This document shows positions 1-12,300 of a stretch of DNA of 64,000 nucleotides, in pieces. Location: contig NW_018408877.1 in NCBI RefSeq assembly GCF_002113885.1, forward strand, positions 124,001 through 188,000, given 5' to 3'. The stretch comes from Mizuhopecten yessoensis. Lineage: Eukaryota. The position numbers and the translations under genes are program-made. The notes beneath the pieces were generated by a model. That model saw only the letters and a program-made list of their open reading frames with translations, ran no database searches and had not been told where the DNA came from. Each line of letters begins with the position of its first letter. Position 1 is the first letter of the stretch.

Positions 1-287
1 AGTTTTCCAAGTCATATAATCCTTCTCTAGTTGAAGAAATACATGTAGGAATTTGAGGGCCACATGATATATGACTATAATATTTGAGAAAGAAATATAC
101 AGCAATGCATTGTTTCATTTTTATTTTATCAGTAGATGAAAGTACTTGTTTCAACAGAGAAAATATGATGAAGACAAAATACATTAGCAAATGTTCTTAG
201 TTTCAAAAAGAATAAGTAATTAATGAAAACTTATAAACTTAAGTATTTGATAATTGGACATTGATTTGAAGAATTATTGTTTTACAG

Positions 288-474
288 TTTGAGAACTAAT
301 AAAGAGTCTTCGTTGGGGTGTAAGGAACACGCATGGGTGGAATTCCCTACATACCCTGCTGGGTTTTCCCACATTACTCGATGTAACTGTGTGCGTCCTG
401 GGGCAGCCATCCCCTCCCACATCAACAAGGACACTCAGGACAGACTGAAAGCCACTGTCTGTGGGAGTTACGCA
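288..474 (+). CDS. TOE1: Target of EGR1 protein 1 (Caf1-family deadenylase), penultimate exon; the rest of the gene is upstream of the window
   Basis: Acceptor tttacag at 281-287 and donor gtaagt at 475. Encodes LRTNKE...KATVCGSYA, which joins the next exon in phase 0 to complete a C3H zinc finger (CGSYA|GHGWCSRGNSCAKSH). Confidence 0.85.
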
Positions 475-1630
475 GTAAGTGTTACTGGTCAACTTGTCCT
501 CTACAACCTGGGACAGAGGGCTCTGTCCCAGGTCTATCTGTATATGTTCATCCAATCATTTTTGTCCCCTGAAAAACTGTTCGCTTGCTAATGTGACTGT
601 AAATTCATTTGTTGTACTTTCTGTTTTCCTTGTGATGTTGTTTGTTTGGTAGCAGTCTACAGTAGAGGGTTGTGGCCGTGGGTGATATTTATGTTAAATG
701 GCTAACCCCTGTATAATGATATGTAAAAAAAAATATAAAAATAAAACTGTGCTAAAATTGGTATAAGCATGATGAAGTAGGCTATGTGAGCTTCACATTT
801 GTAAAAAAAAAAAGGGCCATAATCAGAAAGGGTGCATGCCTACACATGAAAAGCTAGCTTTACAGGAGGTAACATTTTGACAACAGCACATGACGCAAAA
901 TTGCAAAAAATCAAGTTTGACAACTTTACTGGGACCCAGAACATTCTGCAACCAAGTAGGTAACCTTTAATTTCAGACAGGACAAGTGACATACATAGAA
1001 AATAGAGGTTTATACACTTCTCAGTGCTTTATATGTATTGTAAATGTAATGCAGTTTACAAATATATATACATGTATACATGTGTTGTGTAGGGTAAATT
1101 CGATAACATTTCCTCGACATGTGCCTTGTTTATCAGTCGGGCCATTTCTTCTGTACACTGCTACCTTTACCCGGTAATACTGTTTATTCTAAGATCTCAA
1201 TGATGGTTTTCTGTATCTAAATGTACAGCACATGCAATGGTACATATCTGGAGTTAAATGATCGAGCTGATTTTGAACACAAGGACATTAATTCAGACTA
1301 TATTTAGTGAATTCTGAGTCACATTATTGTGTAACATGTTTAAACAAACACTCTTCTTAGATAAATGCTAGCAACAGCATATATATATATATATATAGTA
1401 GAACCAGTGTGCCAGGTATTTAAATGCTATTCACTTAAGAAAATTTAACATATTTCCATCAGCTCTTTCACGAAAACAATTATTTGTTGAGGTACTTCTG
1501 TTATGTCAGGCACCACTATCCATTATACTTTTCAAGATTGTTGTCATTGTAAGGTTATTTAATTTTAAGTCCACATCATTATTTCTGAGTGACTGAACTA
1601 TATTTTGTATAATGTAACTTTGTATTTCAG

Positions 1631-2179
1631 GGCCATGGATGGTGTAGTCGCGGCAACAGTTGTGCCAAATCCCATGATGTTGACCTCATACTAGATATTG
1701 ACTTCCTTGCCCAGTCAAAGAAAAGTCGTAAACGGAAACGTCGCAGAGATAATAACCCAAAAACAGACAATGAGAGTGGAGGTTTAACAGAGCCAGAAGA
1801 AGAGCAAGAAATGGAAACTACTATTGCTGACATGTCAATTGTTGCCAAGGAGGAATCTGAAGTGTGTGAAAAGGATTCTTTGAAAAGCAGTGAAAATGGT
1901 GCAGTGATTCTTCCTGGTGCTGTGGGAGTGGGTAAAGGACCAGTGGTGTCGGGAAAACACAGGGCAGGTTTTGATGCATTCATGACTGGGTATATCATGG
2001 CAAGCTATGTGTCTGAATACGGTACTTACAAAGGTAGCTTGAAGATGGAGGATGTGGGATTAGAAGAAATCCAAAACCTGGTATATTTGACAGGGAAAGA
2101 CATTGCTTTATCTGTTGTTAAAAGTGGCTTTGCAAAGACATCCAAAGACCATCGAGAAAAGTTATCAAAGTATTGTTAG
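1631..2179 (+). CDS. TOE1: TOE1 last coding exon
   Basis: Acceptor tttcag at 1625-1630. Encodes GHGWCSRGNSCAKSHDVDLILD (C3H finger), the basic NLS KKSRKRKRRR, HRAGFDAFMTGY and VYLTGKDIALSVVKSGFAKTSKDH, all recognisable TOE1 C-terminal motifs. Stop TAG at 2177-2179. Confidence 0.93.
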   Translation, partial: GHGWCSRGNSCAKSHDVDLILDIDFLAQSKKSRKRKRRRDNNPKTDNESGGLTEPEEEQEMETTIADMSIVAKEESEVCEKDSLKSSENGAVILPGAVGVGKGPVVSGKHRAGFDAFMTGYIMASYVSEYGTYKGSLKMEDVGLEEIQNLVYLTGKDIALSVVKSGFAKTSKDHREKLSKYC

Positions 2180-3182
2180 ATCTCATTTTAGCGTTTTGGA
2201 AGTGATCTTTAATTTTACTCACTTGAAATAACCTTTAAGATTGCATGATAATTAGATGTCAGTTTTAAGGCCATCTTAGTCACTAATGTGTCATATCTTG
2301 ATTGCCTTTGATGCATCCTTTGTAACCACAAGGAAAACAACCATTTTTACTCCTCAGAAACTGTCCAATAGATTTTGATGAGACTTGGTAAACATCAGCC
2401 TGTGGTGCATATCAAATATATGCTGAAAACAAAGGAGCTGACTCACTGGGGGTCCCATAATTCAAAGTCTTACTGGTAGATTTCCACGAGCTTTCATGAA
2501 ATTGTTTTATTCACTATACTCCGTGTTGAGGGGCACTTGTCGCACCGAGCTTTCATTTGTATTAAGTAAGATCCACACAAGTTTCACATCTGTGACTGTT
2601 AAGACCTCTTGTTTAAGGACACCAATCGTTTTGTAATTGTCCACATGTTCTTTGTTAGAAGAGTGTTTCCCAAACATTTCCCCATCTTTTTCAAGATGTC
2701 TTATCATTATGGCAGGCATTTGCTTTATAACAGACTATTCCTATATAAGATTGTCATATAAGTGTAATCATAAAAGTGTTACATAGTGTTCCCTGATAAA
2801 CTGCTACAACTTTTCACACTGTAACTTTACACGATATAATGCAGGGTGGCCATAGAAATGGGGAGGAGTTAACAAATGGGGAGGTAATTAATACAGATAC
2901 TATATACCAGGAAATTTCAGCAGTCACACTTTTGCCCTTTGCTGTTACCTAGTAAATAAAATCTGGATTTGAACAGTGTTAACGTAGCACTATTTATGTT
3001 TATGTATAGGATGGTGTTAACTAATATTCGCTGTCATGACAGATTCATCCCCATGACAGCAGATGAAAAAGGTAGAAGTTTATCTGTGGCATTGCAAAAA
3101 TGCTCCGATATATCAGTATTATAATTTTTATATATATTGATTACAGTTCACCTGATATTTTAATGCTTTCATTTTCTTCTAC

Positions 3183-3188
3183 AATAAA
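3183..3188 (+). terminator. Candidate TOE1 polyadenylation signal
   Basis: AATAAA about 1 kb after the stop, followed by GT-rich tcttgtttgtg. Alternative AATAAA sites at ~2955 and ~3284. Confidence 0.4.
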
Positions 3189-3887
3189 GTATGTGATCAG
3201 CAAAAGTCTTGTTTGTGAATCTTATTGTTCCGAATATTGAAATATTAATGTGTAATGAGTCAGAATTCCTTATGGTGCCTCCCAATAAATAACAGCAATG
3301 CATTTCATATTCAGAATGAAATTGAAAAACTTAATTCAACCACAAATTTGTTTTAGGTTGAAGATTTCCATCTAACTACAGTTGATTCTGATCAGCTTCT
3401 GTGTTGTGGTCAGGTATTTGGAGTGTTAGCTTATGACCTGGATTGATCAACATGGTGCAGGTAGGGGCAGGTCGTGTCACCCTCTGGCTCGAGGGGGTTC
3501 TGTATGGAAGGCCTATGTATAATTGTAGAACACCTATTGCCTGTCCTAAGGTGACACCACTGTTTTGTATGCAGTTGAAAGGATTGTAGTCCACACACCC
3601 TAAGACTCAATGATCCTTGCCAGCACTGAACTTCCATATGGTGTAGTGTTTTATTGAACTTAGCTGGAGGTTTTGTCCTAATTGTCTCCCTTTGATTATC
3701 CCGCCATTAAATAACCACACTCCTCCAGGCCAGATCTTACTCCTTATCTGCCTCCTGTCCGTCATCTACCCTTATAATGATGTATATGGTCTGTATGACG
3801 AGTTCTGCTCAGGCCTATCTTAATGCCTAAACCGATTATTTGACACAAAAGTTCAGGTATTGGTGAAGCTGGTATTGCATTGTGTTA

Positions 3888-5316
3888 TTAGCTCACCTGG
3901 TCCAAAGGACCAAGGTGAGCTTATGCCATACCGTGGCGTCCGGCGTCCGTCCGTCAACAATTTCTTTAAACGACTTCTTCTTCTTAACCACTGATTGGAA
4001 TTTAACTAAATTTGACTGGAAGCATCCCTTGGTGGTGAGGATTCAAAATTGTACAAATGGTGGGGCTGAGAATCGGGGCAAAAAGGGGGCAATTTGGCTA
4101 AACTACTTTAAGCGACTACTTCTCTGGAACTAAGTGATGGATATCAACCATATTAGACTGGAAGCATCCCTAGGTTGTGGATATTCAAAATTGTACAAAT
4201 GGTTGGGCTGACCCCCCAGGGGGCTGAGGGGCGGGGCCAAAAAGGGGTAATTTGGCTATATTTCTACAAACGACTTCTTCTGTAGAACTATGGGCTTGAT
4301 ATCAATTATATTTAATCAAAAGCATATATGGGATGCAGGGATTGAAAATTGTACAAATGGTGGGGCTGACCTCCCAGGGGGCTGAGGGGCAGGACCAGAA
4401 AGGGTTATTTGGCTATATTGCTTTAAGCTACTTCTTCACTGGAACTAAGTGATGGATATCAGTCATATTAGACTGGAAGCATCCCTAGGTGGTGGGGATT
4501 CAAAATTGTACAAATGGTGGGGCTGACCCACAGAGGGCTGAGGGCGGGGCCAAAAGGGGCAATTTGGCTAGATTGCTATAAACGACTTCTTCTGTAGAAC
4601 TATGCACTGGATATCGATCATATTTGGTCGGAAGCATTCATAGGAGGCAGGGATTCAAAGTTGTACAAATGGTGGGGCTGACCCCCCAGGCTAAGGGGTG
4701 GGGCCAAAAAAAATTTATTGCCTGGAAATGGTCGAGATCCCCACCATATAACCACATATACAATTGCTGAGTATAAAGAGAAGAATGCACATTTGCTTCC
4801 GGGATGGCTCTAGGGTCTGGCCCCACACTTAGAAACATAGTCCTTGGGCCATAACTTAAAAACGGTTGAGATCCCCGACCTATAACCATATAGACAATTG
4901 CTGAGTAAAAAGAGATGAATGCGCATATGCTTCCAGGATGGTCTTGGGGACTGCCCCACCCTTGGAGACTTAACCCCTGGGTCATAACGGCGAAATGGTT
5001 AAGATCCCCACCCCAAAACTATATATACAAATGCTGGGCAAAAATAGTCAAATGCAGTCATGATATTAGAATTGCTCCTGGGGTCTGGCCACAACCATAG
5101 GGACCTAGTTTCTGAGTCGCAGATTGGAAACAGTTGAGATCCCCACCCCATAACCATACATAAAATTGCTGGGCATGAAAAATCAAATACAGATATATAT
5201 ACTGCAAGGATTGGCCTTGGGGTCTGGCATATTCCCTTGGATCTCATTTGGAGAATATTCTGCCATGATTGCTTAGATATCCAGGTGAGCGATACAGGCC
5301 CTATGGGCCTCTTGTT
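3888..5316 (+). mobile_element. Non-autonomous Helentron/HINE-type element (pearl/CvA-like) with internal ~157-bp tandem array
   Basis: Starts ttagctcacctgg, has a (cgtc)n microsatellite and ~157-bp repeats (attgtacaaatggtggggctgac...). Ends with the inverted subterminal ccaggtgagc plus hairpin aggccctatgggcct and cttgtt. Confidence 0.8.
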
Positions 5317-6166
5317 ATGCTTACCCGGCCTTTCACCATTGTGGACTATAATGCACTCATACAGATCAAAGCATGGTAGAGTTTTCTAAAGCCACAAAGG
5401 GTTGAAAAGGATAAGATACATACGGTGATGTCAAATGGTAAAACATATAGCTAGAAATGCCTGGCAGGGTTGGCATCTTATACTCGGAAATATATAGTGG
5501 ATACTGGGAAATATAGTGGCAATATACGAGAGTGGAGTTTTAATCAGAGAAGGTACTCTAGGGGGAACACTACTATAAATCTGGTTATTTTGGTGATTGC
5601 TTCTTATTGGTGAAGAAAGGGACAATAATAGCAGGCATAAGCAAACATTGTAATAATTCGTTACCCTGATATCAACAGTTTTTGGGCCTAATGGTGCCAC
5701 ATAGATGACTATCCCGGGGCCTGTTCGTTTATGCAGAATAACCAGTTTCGTCTCAATCAAGAATAAACCCTGGCAAACCTATATATGTTTATGCAGACTT
5801 CGCATGGCTTTGTCAAGGTTCGTCTGAAAGCAGCATCAGATTACTAGGTCTGACCTTACTTCATAAACGAACAACTCTGATCCAACTGGTTCAACCGTTT
5901 GGATGAACAAAAGCGGCCCCAGTCTCCTAACCCACTATATACAATTATTGCCGTTTGTTTGTGGTATGTTACTCTGTCGGTGACATATATTATGTACAGT
6001 TGCCAAATTTCTTATGATAAAAGTTTGTAAGGAGGTTCTGGACTATGGGTTGAATGTAATACTTTGTGTGTGTGTTNGGGGGGGGGGGGGGGGGGTCTGT
6101 CCAGGCTCTGTGTCTGCTCACCTGGCCTGAAGTGTGTGTAAACAGTGTACAGTGTACACAGATGTA

Positions 6167-6510
6167 GGAGGCACGGTAGTCTAGTGGTAGGACGCCGGGC
6201 TCATGACCGAAGGCGTGCTGGTTCAAGTCACGTAATGGCACTGTGTTGTATATTTGAGCAAGATACTTTACTCTGCTTGTTCCAGTCTACTCAGCTGTAA
6301 AGGAGTACCTAGTTGGGCAGTGCTAGGATTGTTGAATGCTAGCTGTGAGCGCCAAAATGGCAGCACCTGCTGTATGCTCCCCAGGGAGTTAAGAACAATA
6401 TTGGCTGGTTGCAAAGGCCCTATAACCATGGATAATAATTTGTGAACCGCTTTGAGATGACCTACGAACTAGGTTGTGATAAAGCGGTATATAAGAACCT
6501 TGTATTATTA
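6167..6510 (+). mobile_element. tRNA-derived CORE-type SINE with L2-like 3' tail
   Basis: A-box tagtctagtgg at 6177 and B-box gttcaagtca at 6221. CORE-like block gtgttgtatatttgagcaagatactttactc...cagctgtaaaggagtacc. Tail aaagcggtatataagaaccttgtattatta. Confidence 0.7.
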
Positions 6511-8985
6511 GCGCACCTGGTCTGAAGGACCAAGGTGAGCTTATACCATACCGTGGCGTCCGTACGTCAACAATTTCTTTAAACGACTTCTTCTTCTTAA
6601 CCACTGGTTGGAATTAAACTAAATTTGACTGGAAGCATCCCTAGGTGGTGAGGATTCAAAATTGTACAAATGGTGGGGCTGACCTCCCAGGGGGCTGAGG
6701 GCCGGGGCCAAAAGGGGTCAATTTGCCCATATTGCTTTAAGCGACTTCTTCTCTGAAACTAAGAAATGGATATCAAACAAATTTGACTGGAAGCATCCCT
6801 AGGAGGTGGTGATTAAAAATTGTACAAATGGTGGGGCTGACTCCCCAGGGGGCTTAGGGGCGGGGCCAAAAGGGGGCAATTTGGCTATATTGCTACAAAC
6901 GACTTCTTCTGTAGAACAGTGCACTGGATATCAATCATATTTGATCAAAAGCATTCCTGGGAGGCAGGGATTTAAAATTGTACAAATGGTGTGGCTGACC
7001 CCCCAGGGGGCTGAGGGGCAGGGCCAAAAAGGGTATTTGGCTATACTGCTTTAAGCGACTTCTTCTCTGGAACTAAGAAGTGGATATCAACCATATTTGA
7101 CTGGAAGCATCCCTAGGTGATGGTGATTAAAAATTGTACAAATGGTGGGGCTGACTCCCCAGGGGGCTAAGGGGCGGGGCCAAAAGGGGGCCATTTGGCT
7201 ATATTGCTACAAACGACTTCTTCTGTAGAACAGTGCACTGGATATCAATCATATTTGATCAAAAGCATTCCTGGGAGGCAGGGATTTAAAATTGTACAAA
7301 TGGTGTGGCTGACCACCCAGGGGGCTGAGGGGCAGGGCCAAAAAGGGTATTTGGCTATACTGCTTTAAGTGACTTCGCCTCTGGAACTAAGAAGTGGATA
7401 TCAACCATTTTTGACTGGAAGCATCCCTAGGTGATGGTGATGAAAAATTGTACAAATGGTGAGGCTGACTCCCCAGGGGGCTAAGGGGCGGGGCGGGGCC
7501 AAAAGGGGGCCATTTGGCTATATTGCTACAAACGACTTCTTCTGTAGAACTGTGCACTGGATATCAATCATATTTGATCAAAAGCATTCCTGGGAGGCAG
7601 GGATTTAAAATTGTACAAATGGTGTGGCTGACCCCCCAGGGGGCTGAGGGGCAGGGCCAAAAAGGGTATTTGGCTATACTGCTTNNNNNNNNNNNNNNNN
7701 NNNNNNNNNNNNNNNNNNNNNNNNNNNNNNNNNNNNNNNNNNNNNNNNNNNNNNNNNNNNNNNNNNNNNNNNNNNNNNNNNNNNNNNNNNNNNNNNNNNN
7801 NNNNNNNNNNNNNNNNNNNNNNNNNNNNNNNNNNNNNNNNNNNNNNNNNNNNNNNNNNNNNNNNNNNNNNNNNNNNNNNNNNNNNNNNNNNNNNNNNNNN
7901 NNNNNNNNNNNNNNNNNNNNNNNNNNNNNNNNNNNNNNNNNNNNNNNNNNNNNNNNNNNNNNNNNNNNNNNNNNNNNNNNNNNNNNNNNNNNNNNNNNNN
8001 NNNNNNNNNNNNNNNNNNNNNNNNNNNNNNNNNNNNNNNNNNNNNNNNNNNNNNNNNNNNNNNNNNNNNNNNNNNNNNNNNNNNNNNNNNNNNNNNNNNN
8101 NNNNNNNNNNNNNNNNNNNNNNNNNNNNNNNNNNNNNNNNNNNNNNNNNNNNNNNNNNNNNNNNNNNNNNNNNNNNNNNNNNNNNNNNNNNNNNNNNNNN
8201 NNNNNNNNNNNNNNNNNNNNNNNNNNNNNNNNNNNNNNNNNNNNNNNNNNNNNNNNNNNNNNNNNNNNNNNNNNNNNNNNNNNNNNNNNNNNNNNNNNNN
8301 NNNNNNNNNNNNNNNNNNNNNNNNNNNNNNNNNNNNNNNNNNNNNNNNNNNNNNNNNNNNNNNNNNNNNNNNNNNNNNNNNNNNNNNNNNNNNNNNNNNN
8401 NNNNNNNNNNNNNNNNNNNNNNNNNNNNNNNNNNNNNNNNNNNNNNNNNNNNNNNNNNNATATATACAATTGCTGAGTATAAAGAGATGATTGCACATAT
8501 GCTTCCAGGTTGGCCTTGGGGACTGCCCCACCCTTGGAGACTTAACCCCTGGGTCATAAATTTGAAATGGTTAATATCCCCACCCCAAAACTATATATAC
8601 AATTGTTGGGCATAAAGAGACGAATGCAGTCATGACATTAGAATTGATCCCAGGGTCTGCCCCACCCTTGCAGACTTGGCCCCTGGGTCATAACTTTGAA
8701 ACGGTTGAGATCCCCACCCGAAAACTATATATACAAATGCTTGGCAAAAAGAGACAAATGCAGTCACGATATTAGATTCTGAGTTTCTGAGTCAAAGCTT
8801 GGAAACAGTTGAGATCCTCACCCCATAACCATACATTAAATTGCTGGGCATGAAAAATCTAATATAGCTATGCTACAAGGATTGGCCTTGGGGTCTGGCA
8901 TATTCCCTTGATCTCATTTGGAGAATAGTGTGCCATGATTGCTTAGGTATCCAGGTGAGCATACAGGCCCTCTGGGCCTCTTATT
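6508..8985 (+). mobile_element. Second copy of the Helentron/HINE-type element (spans N-gap)
   Basis: Same termini as 3888-5316 (ttagcgcacctgg ... ccaggtgagc..aggccctctgggcct) and the same internal repeats, with a longer array. Confidence 0.8.
7685..8459. other. Assembly gap (N run) inside a tandem array
   Basis: 775 consecutive N. Confidence 0.99.
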
Positions 8986-9377
8986 ATTATTATCATTATT
9001 ATGCGGAATTATATTGAGCAGTGTCCGGATTCGTTAGGTGATATTATTTTGCATACAGTTTGGAAAGGTATGTCTGATATTCTGGTATTTCAGAGAAGGA
9101 AATGCTTTTCGCTTGGATGAAATTCAAACAGTTGTCACAGTAGTTATTGAGCGTTTGGTTGTATGAAAGTCTGTGTTCGTTTTAAACACTTCAATCAATT
9201 TTGGAGGTCAGATTATTTTTCTTGGAGGTCAGACAATTGAAATAAGTTGAGATCTTTAAAAAAACAGGTTCTTCAGGTATAGAGTGCCAGGTAATAAAAA
9301 TGTCCAACATGGACCTATAATGTACACTGTAACAGTCTAAATCACAACACAATATCTATTTATATATTTTGAACGTT

Positions 9378-9383
9378 TTTATT
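9378..9383 (-). terminator. Candidate distal MIDN polyadenylation signal
   Basis: AATAAA on the minus strand with a downstream GU-rich tract (ttgtgttgtg). Further AATAAA at 9488-9498. Confidence 0.35.
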
Positions 9384-12300
9384 AACTGCTGTCTGTATGT
9401 CATGTGTGAACAATCTAAAACAATAAAACTGAAACAAGATATCAGCATTTTCTATATTTGAAGTCATGGACGAAATTTCAAAGACAATTTATTTTATTAT
9501 GTTAAAAGAAACTCGGAGGAAACACATCTGAGATTTGGAAGTAAGGACAACATTGCAATCATACAGAATTAAATGCTTATATATGTATTAAGAGTGTAAA
9601 AGGGAATTTAATAAAAGACAATCTTTCAAAGCTTCTTAAGGCTTTCAATGACTTGGCTGTTGAAAACTCATGCCTCCCTCGGGCCTTACCAGCTTGACAA
9701 CTAAAGAAATATGCACATTTTAACACTATGCTCTGTGCAATATGTGATGGCAGTATTGTAAAATGTGAGGAAATTTATTAATATAATTAAATATATATTT
9801 TTTATTTATCAATATTTAATGGAAAAACTACAATATTATTTAAGCTTAATGATGATTAAAATGGAGAATATAAAAATAATATATACCTGAACAAAATCAC
9901 AACTGACTTGATCAGCTATGAATACTAAATATGAAAGCCAGACATGTCTGAATAAAAATTCAAATTCCTAACTGTTACACACCACCAGACCAATGGGCAT
10001 GTTCCTGTTAGATTGATGACCACATACTAGATACACATACTTGTATTCTGATTATATTAACCCTTTCAACCCTATGTAACTTTCGCACACTCTATGCATT
10101 GATCTTGTCCAGTCAATTGTGGTCTACATTGGTGAATTGGGTAAAGATTGCAACCGGTGTTGAATGTGTCCCTACTGAATTTCTAGAGATAACTTACAAT
10201 GGTTCCAACTTCAATATAATTTAAATTCTTTGAAGTTTTATAAAATGTGCCAAATATATTTAAACGATTAATCTTCAAATTTCTAGACATGTTTATCAAA
10301 AATACACATGAAATTTCAAAGAAAAGTTGAACAAATAATGACAAAAAATCTATTATTAACATGAAATAAACTATACTGATGAAAAATGGATTGTCGCCAT
10401 GGTAACCACAAAAACAAAGATGGGGTAATGGATGATTTACGGCACAAATAGATATAAAAGTCAAAAATCGAGCAAAATATCATAGATTTTACCCAAAAAA
10501 AAGGGTTCAATACATATGATTAATTTTGTTGATATGAAAACAAACATTCTGTGTAAGTAACTATGTTTCTCTTGTTGAAAAAATAAAAAAATTCAAATCA
10601 ATATTCCTGCTATCTACATTATATATATATCACGAAATTGAACTAACATTCTTTGTATACATTGTGTACCACAAACATTAACTACTACCCTTGTTTGCTG
10701 TATTGGCATAAATCACACTTACAACACTTGTACAATAATGTTTAAATATATAAAACTGACTCTCCAACTATATAGACACATGTTAACAGACATGAGCTGG
10801 TCATTATTGGCACAAGAATAGGAAACACCTAGTTCCAGTGTGAACAGGGGAAACTCGTAAACTACTATGTGTAGCCATTATTGACCCCAAATAAAACTTT
10901 ATTATGAATCATTATGTCGTTTATCATCATATGGAACGATGCTCATTGTCCTTGCAATTTCCATAACCATTCTGAGATATACCCCCTATAATTTAATGGC
11001 CAAGGTCTTGTTGTTCAAAGGCTAATGAGATGAATGCAAACATTTTGTCCAAGACATATTTTAAAATATTTCAATTCAAAACAGAAATTGCATTTATCAA
11101 ATGGAAATAAAAGACAGATAAATTTGGATTTTCAGGAAATGTCAAGAGAAGACATTTATACAAGTGATATTATATTAAATTATAAAGTTAACCAGCTTTT
11201 CAACAGCCACATTAATGTATTAAACAGGATTAACTTAGCGGCAATAAATGCCAATTCTTTTCTTTTTTTTTCAGTGAAATTCATGACAACATAGGATTTT
11301 AAAAGATTACTGATAATTTTACTGACAAAAATCTATTGACTTCTTGGTACCCTGGTATATGTTGAGATTTAAAAAAGGTATAAATTAAAATATTTGTATT
11401 CAATGGTAGTGAGGCTAAAATAATTGAAGGGCTGGACCAGCCCTTCAATTTTTTTTATTTTTTTTTACATAATATCTTTTAGATTGAGCCATTATTAAAT
11501 TACATGACACCACCAGATCACGAGCGCTCAACCCATATCAGGAGAAAAACATAGCACTAACAAAAAGGGTATACATACACATTATATATTGACACATGGG
11601 GAATATTTCCAATATTTTCTGTTTGATATGAAAATGGCAAGGTAGCTCAATACAAGTTAATGTGTGCGTAACTTTACGTTCCTCGGACTATAACGTACCA
11701 GAATAAAGTCTAGTTGAAACACAGACTTAATAAATTTACATAGAAATAACAACATTGAATATAGGGTCAAGGTAATGGTATGTAGACAGACACACATTCA
11801 CACAATTACTGGCCTGGTATAACAAATCTTGGAACAACCAGAACAGTCATGGTTATTTATCTAAAAAGGGTTAAATATTTGCCGACTTTCCCGAAGGTAA
11901 AGCAATGTCTGTAGAAGAGTACCAGTTTATCCTGGCTTTCTCATCTCCAGGCAACTCACTCAGATTCTTGGAACGTAACAACAAGTTTACATTTAAACAG
12001 ATCTAACAAGTTCAACAATTTCTTTCTATTCTTTTAATAAAATACAACTTCATTTAATTAATTGTTTTCACATTAATTTCTTCAATTTGGCTTTATGTTC
12101 TGTTTGACAATTTATTACACTGTATCAGTTTAACAAGGATATGACAGTAATTACTATGATCACAACAAATTGGTATTAATTTTATCTATTCGAAGAAAAC
12201 TGTTCAAACATGCAAAACATCAAATATTCTCATCAGAAATAGATTTCTGAACTTGCATACCCTCAACAAAAAATTATGATCATTATCTCATATACCTGGT

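Noticed and set aside
7514-8557. Long ORFs of 285-329 aa (also 38477-39163)
   Set aside because: Artefacts of N-gaps translated as X.
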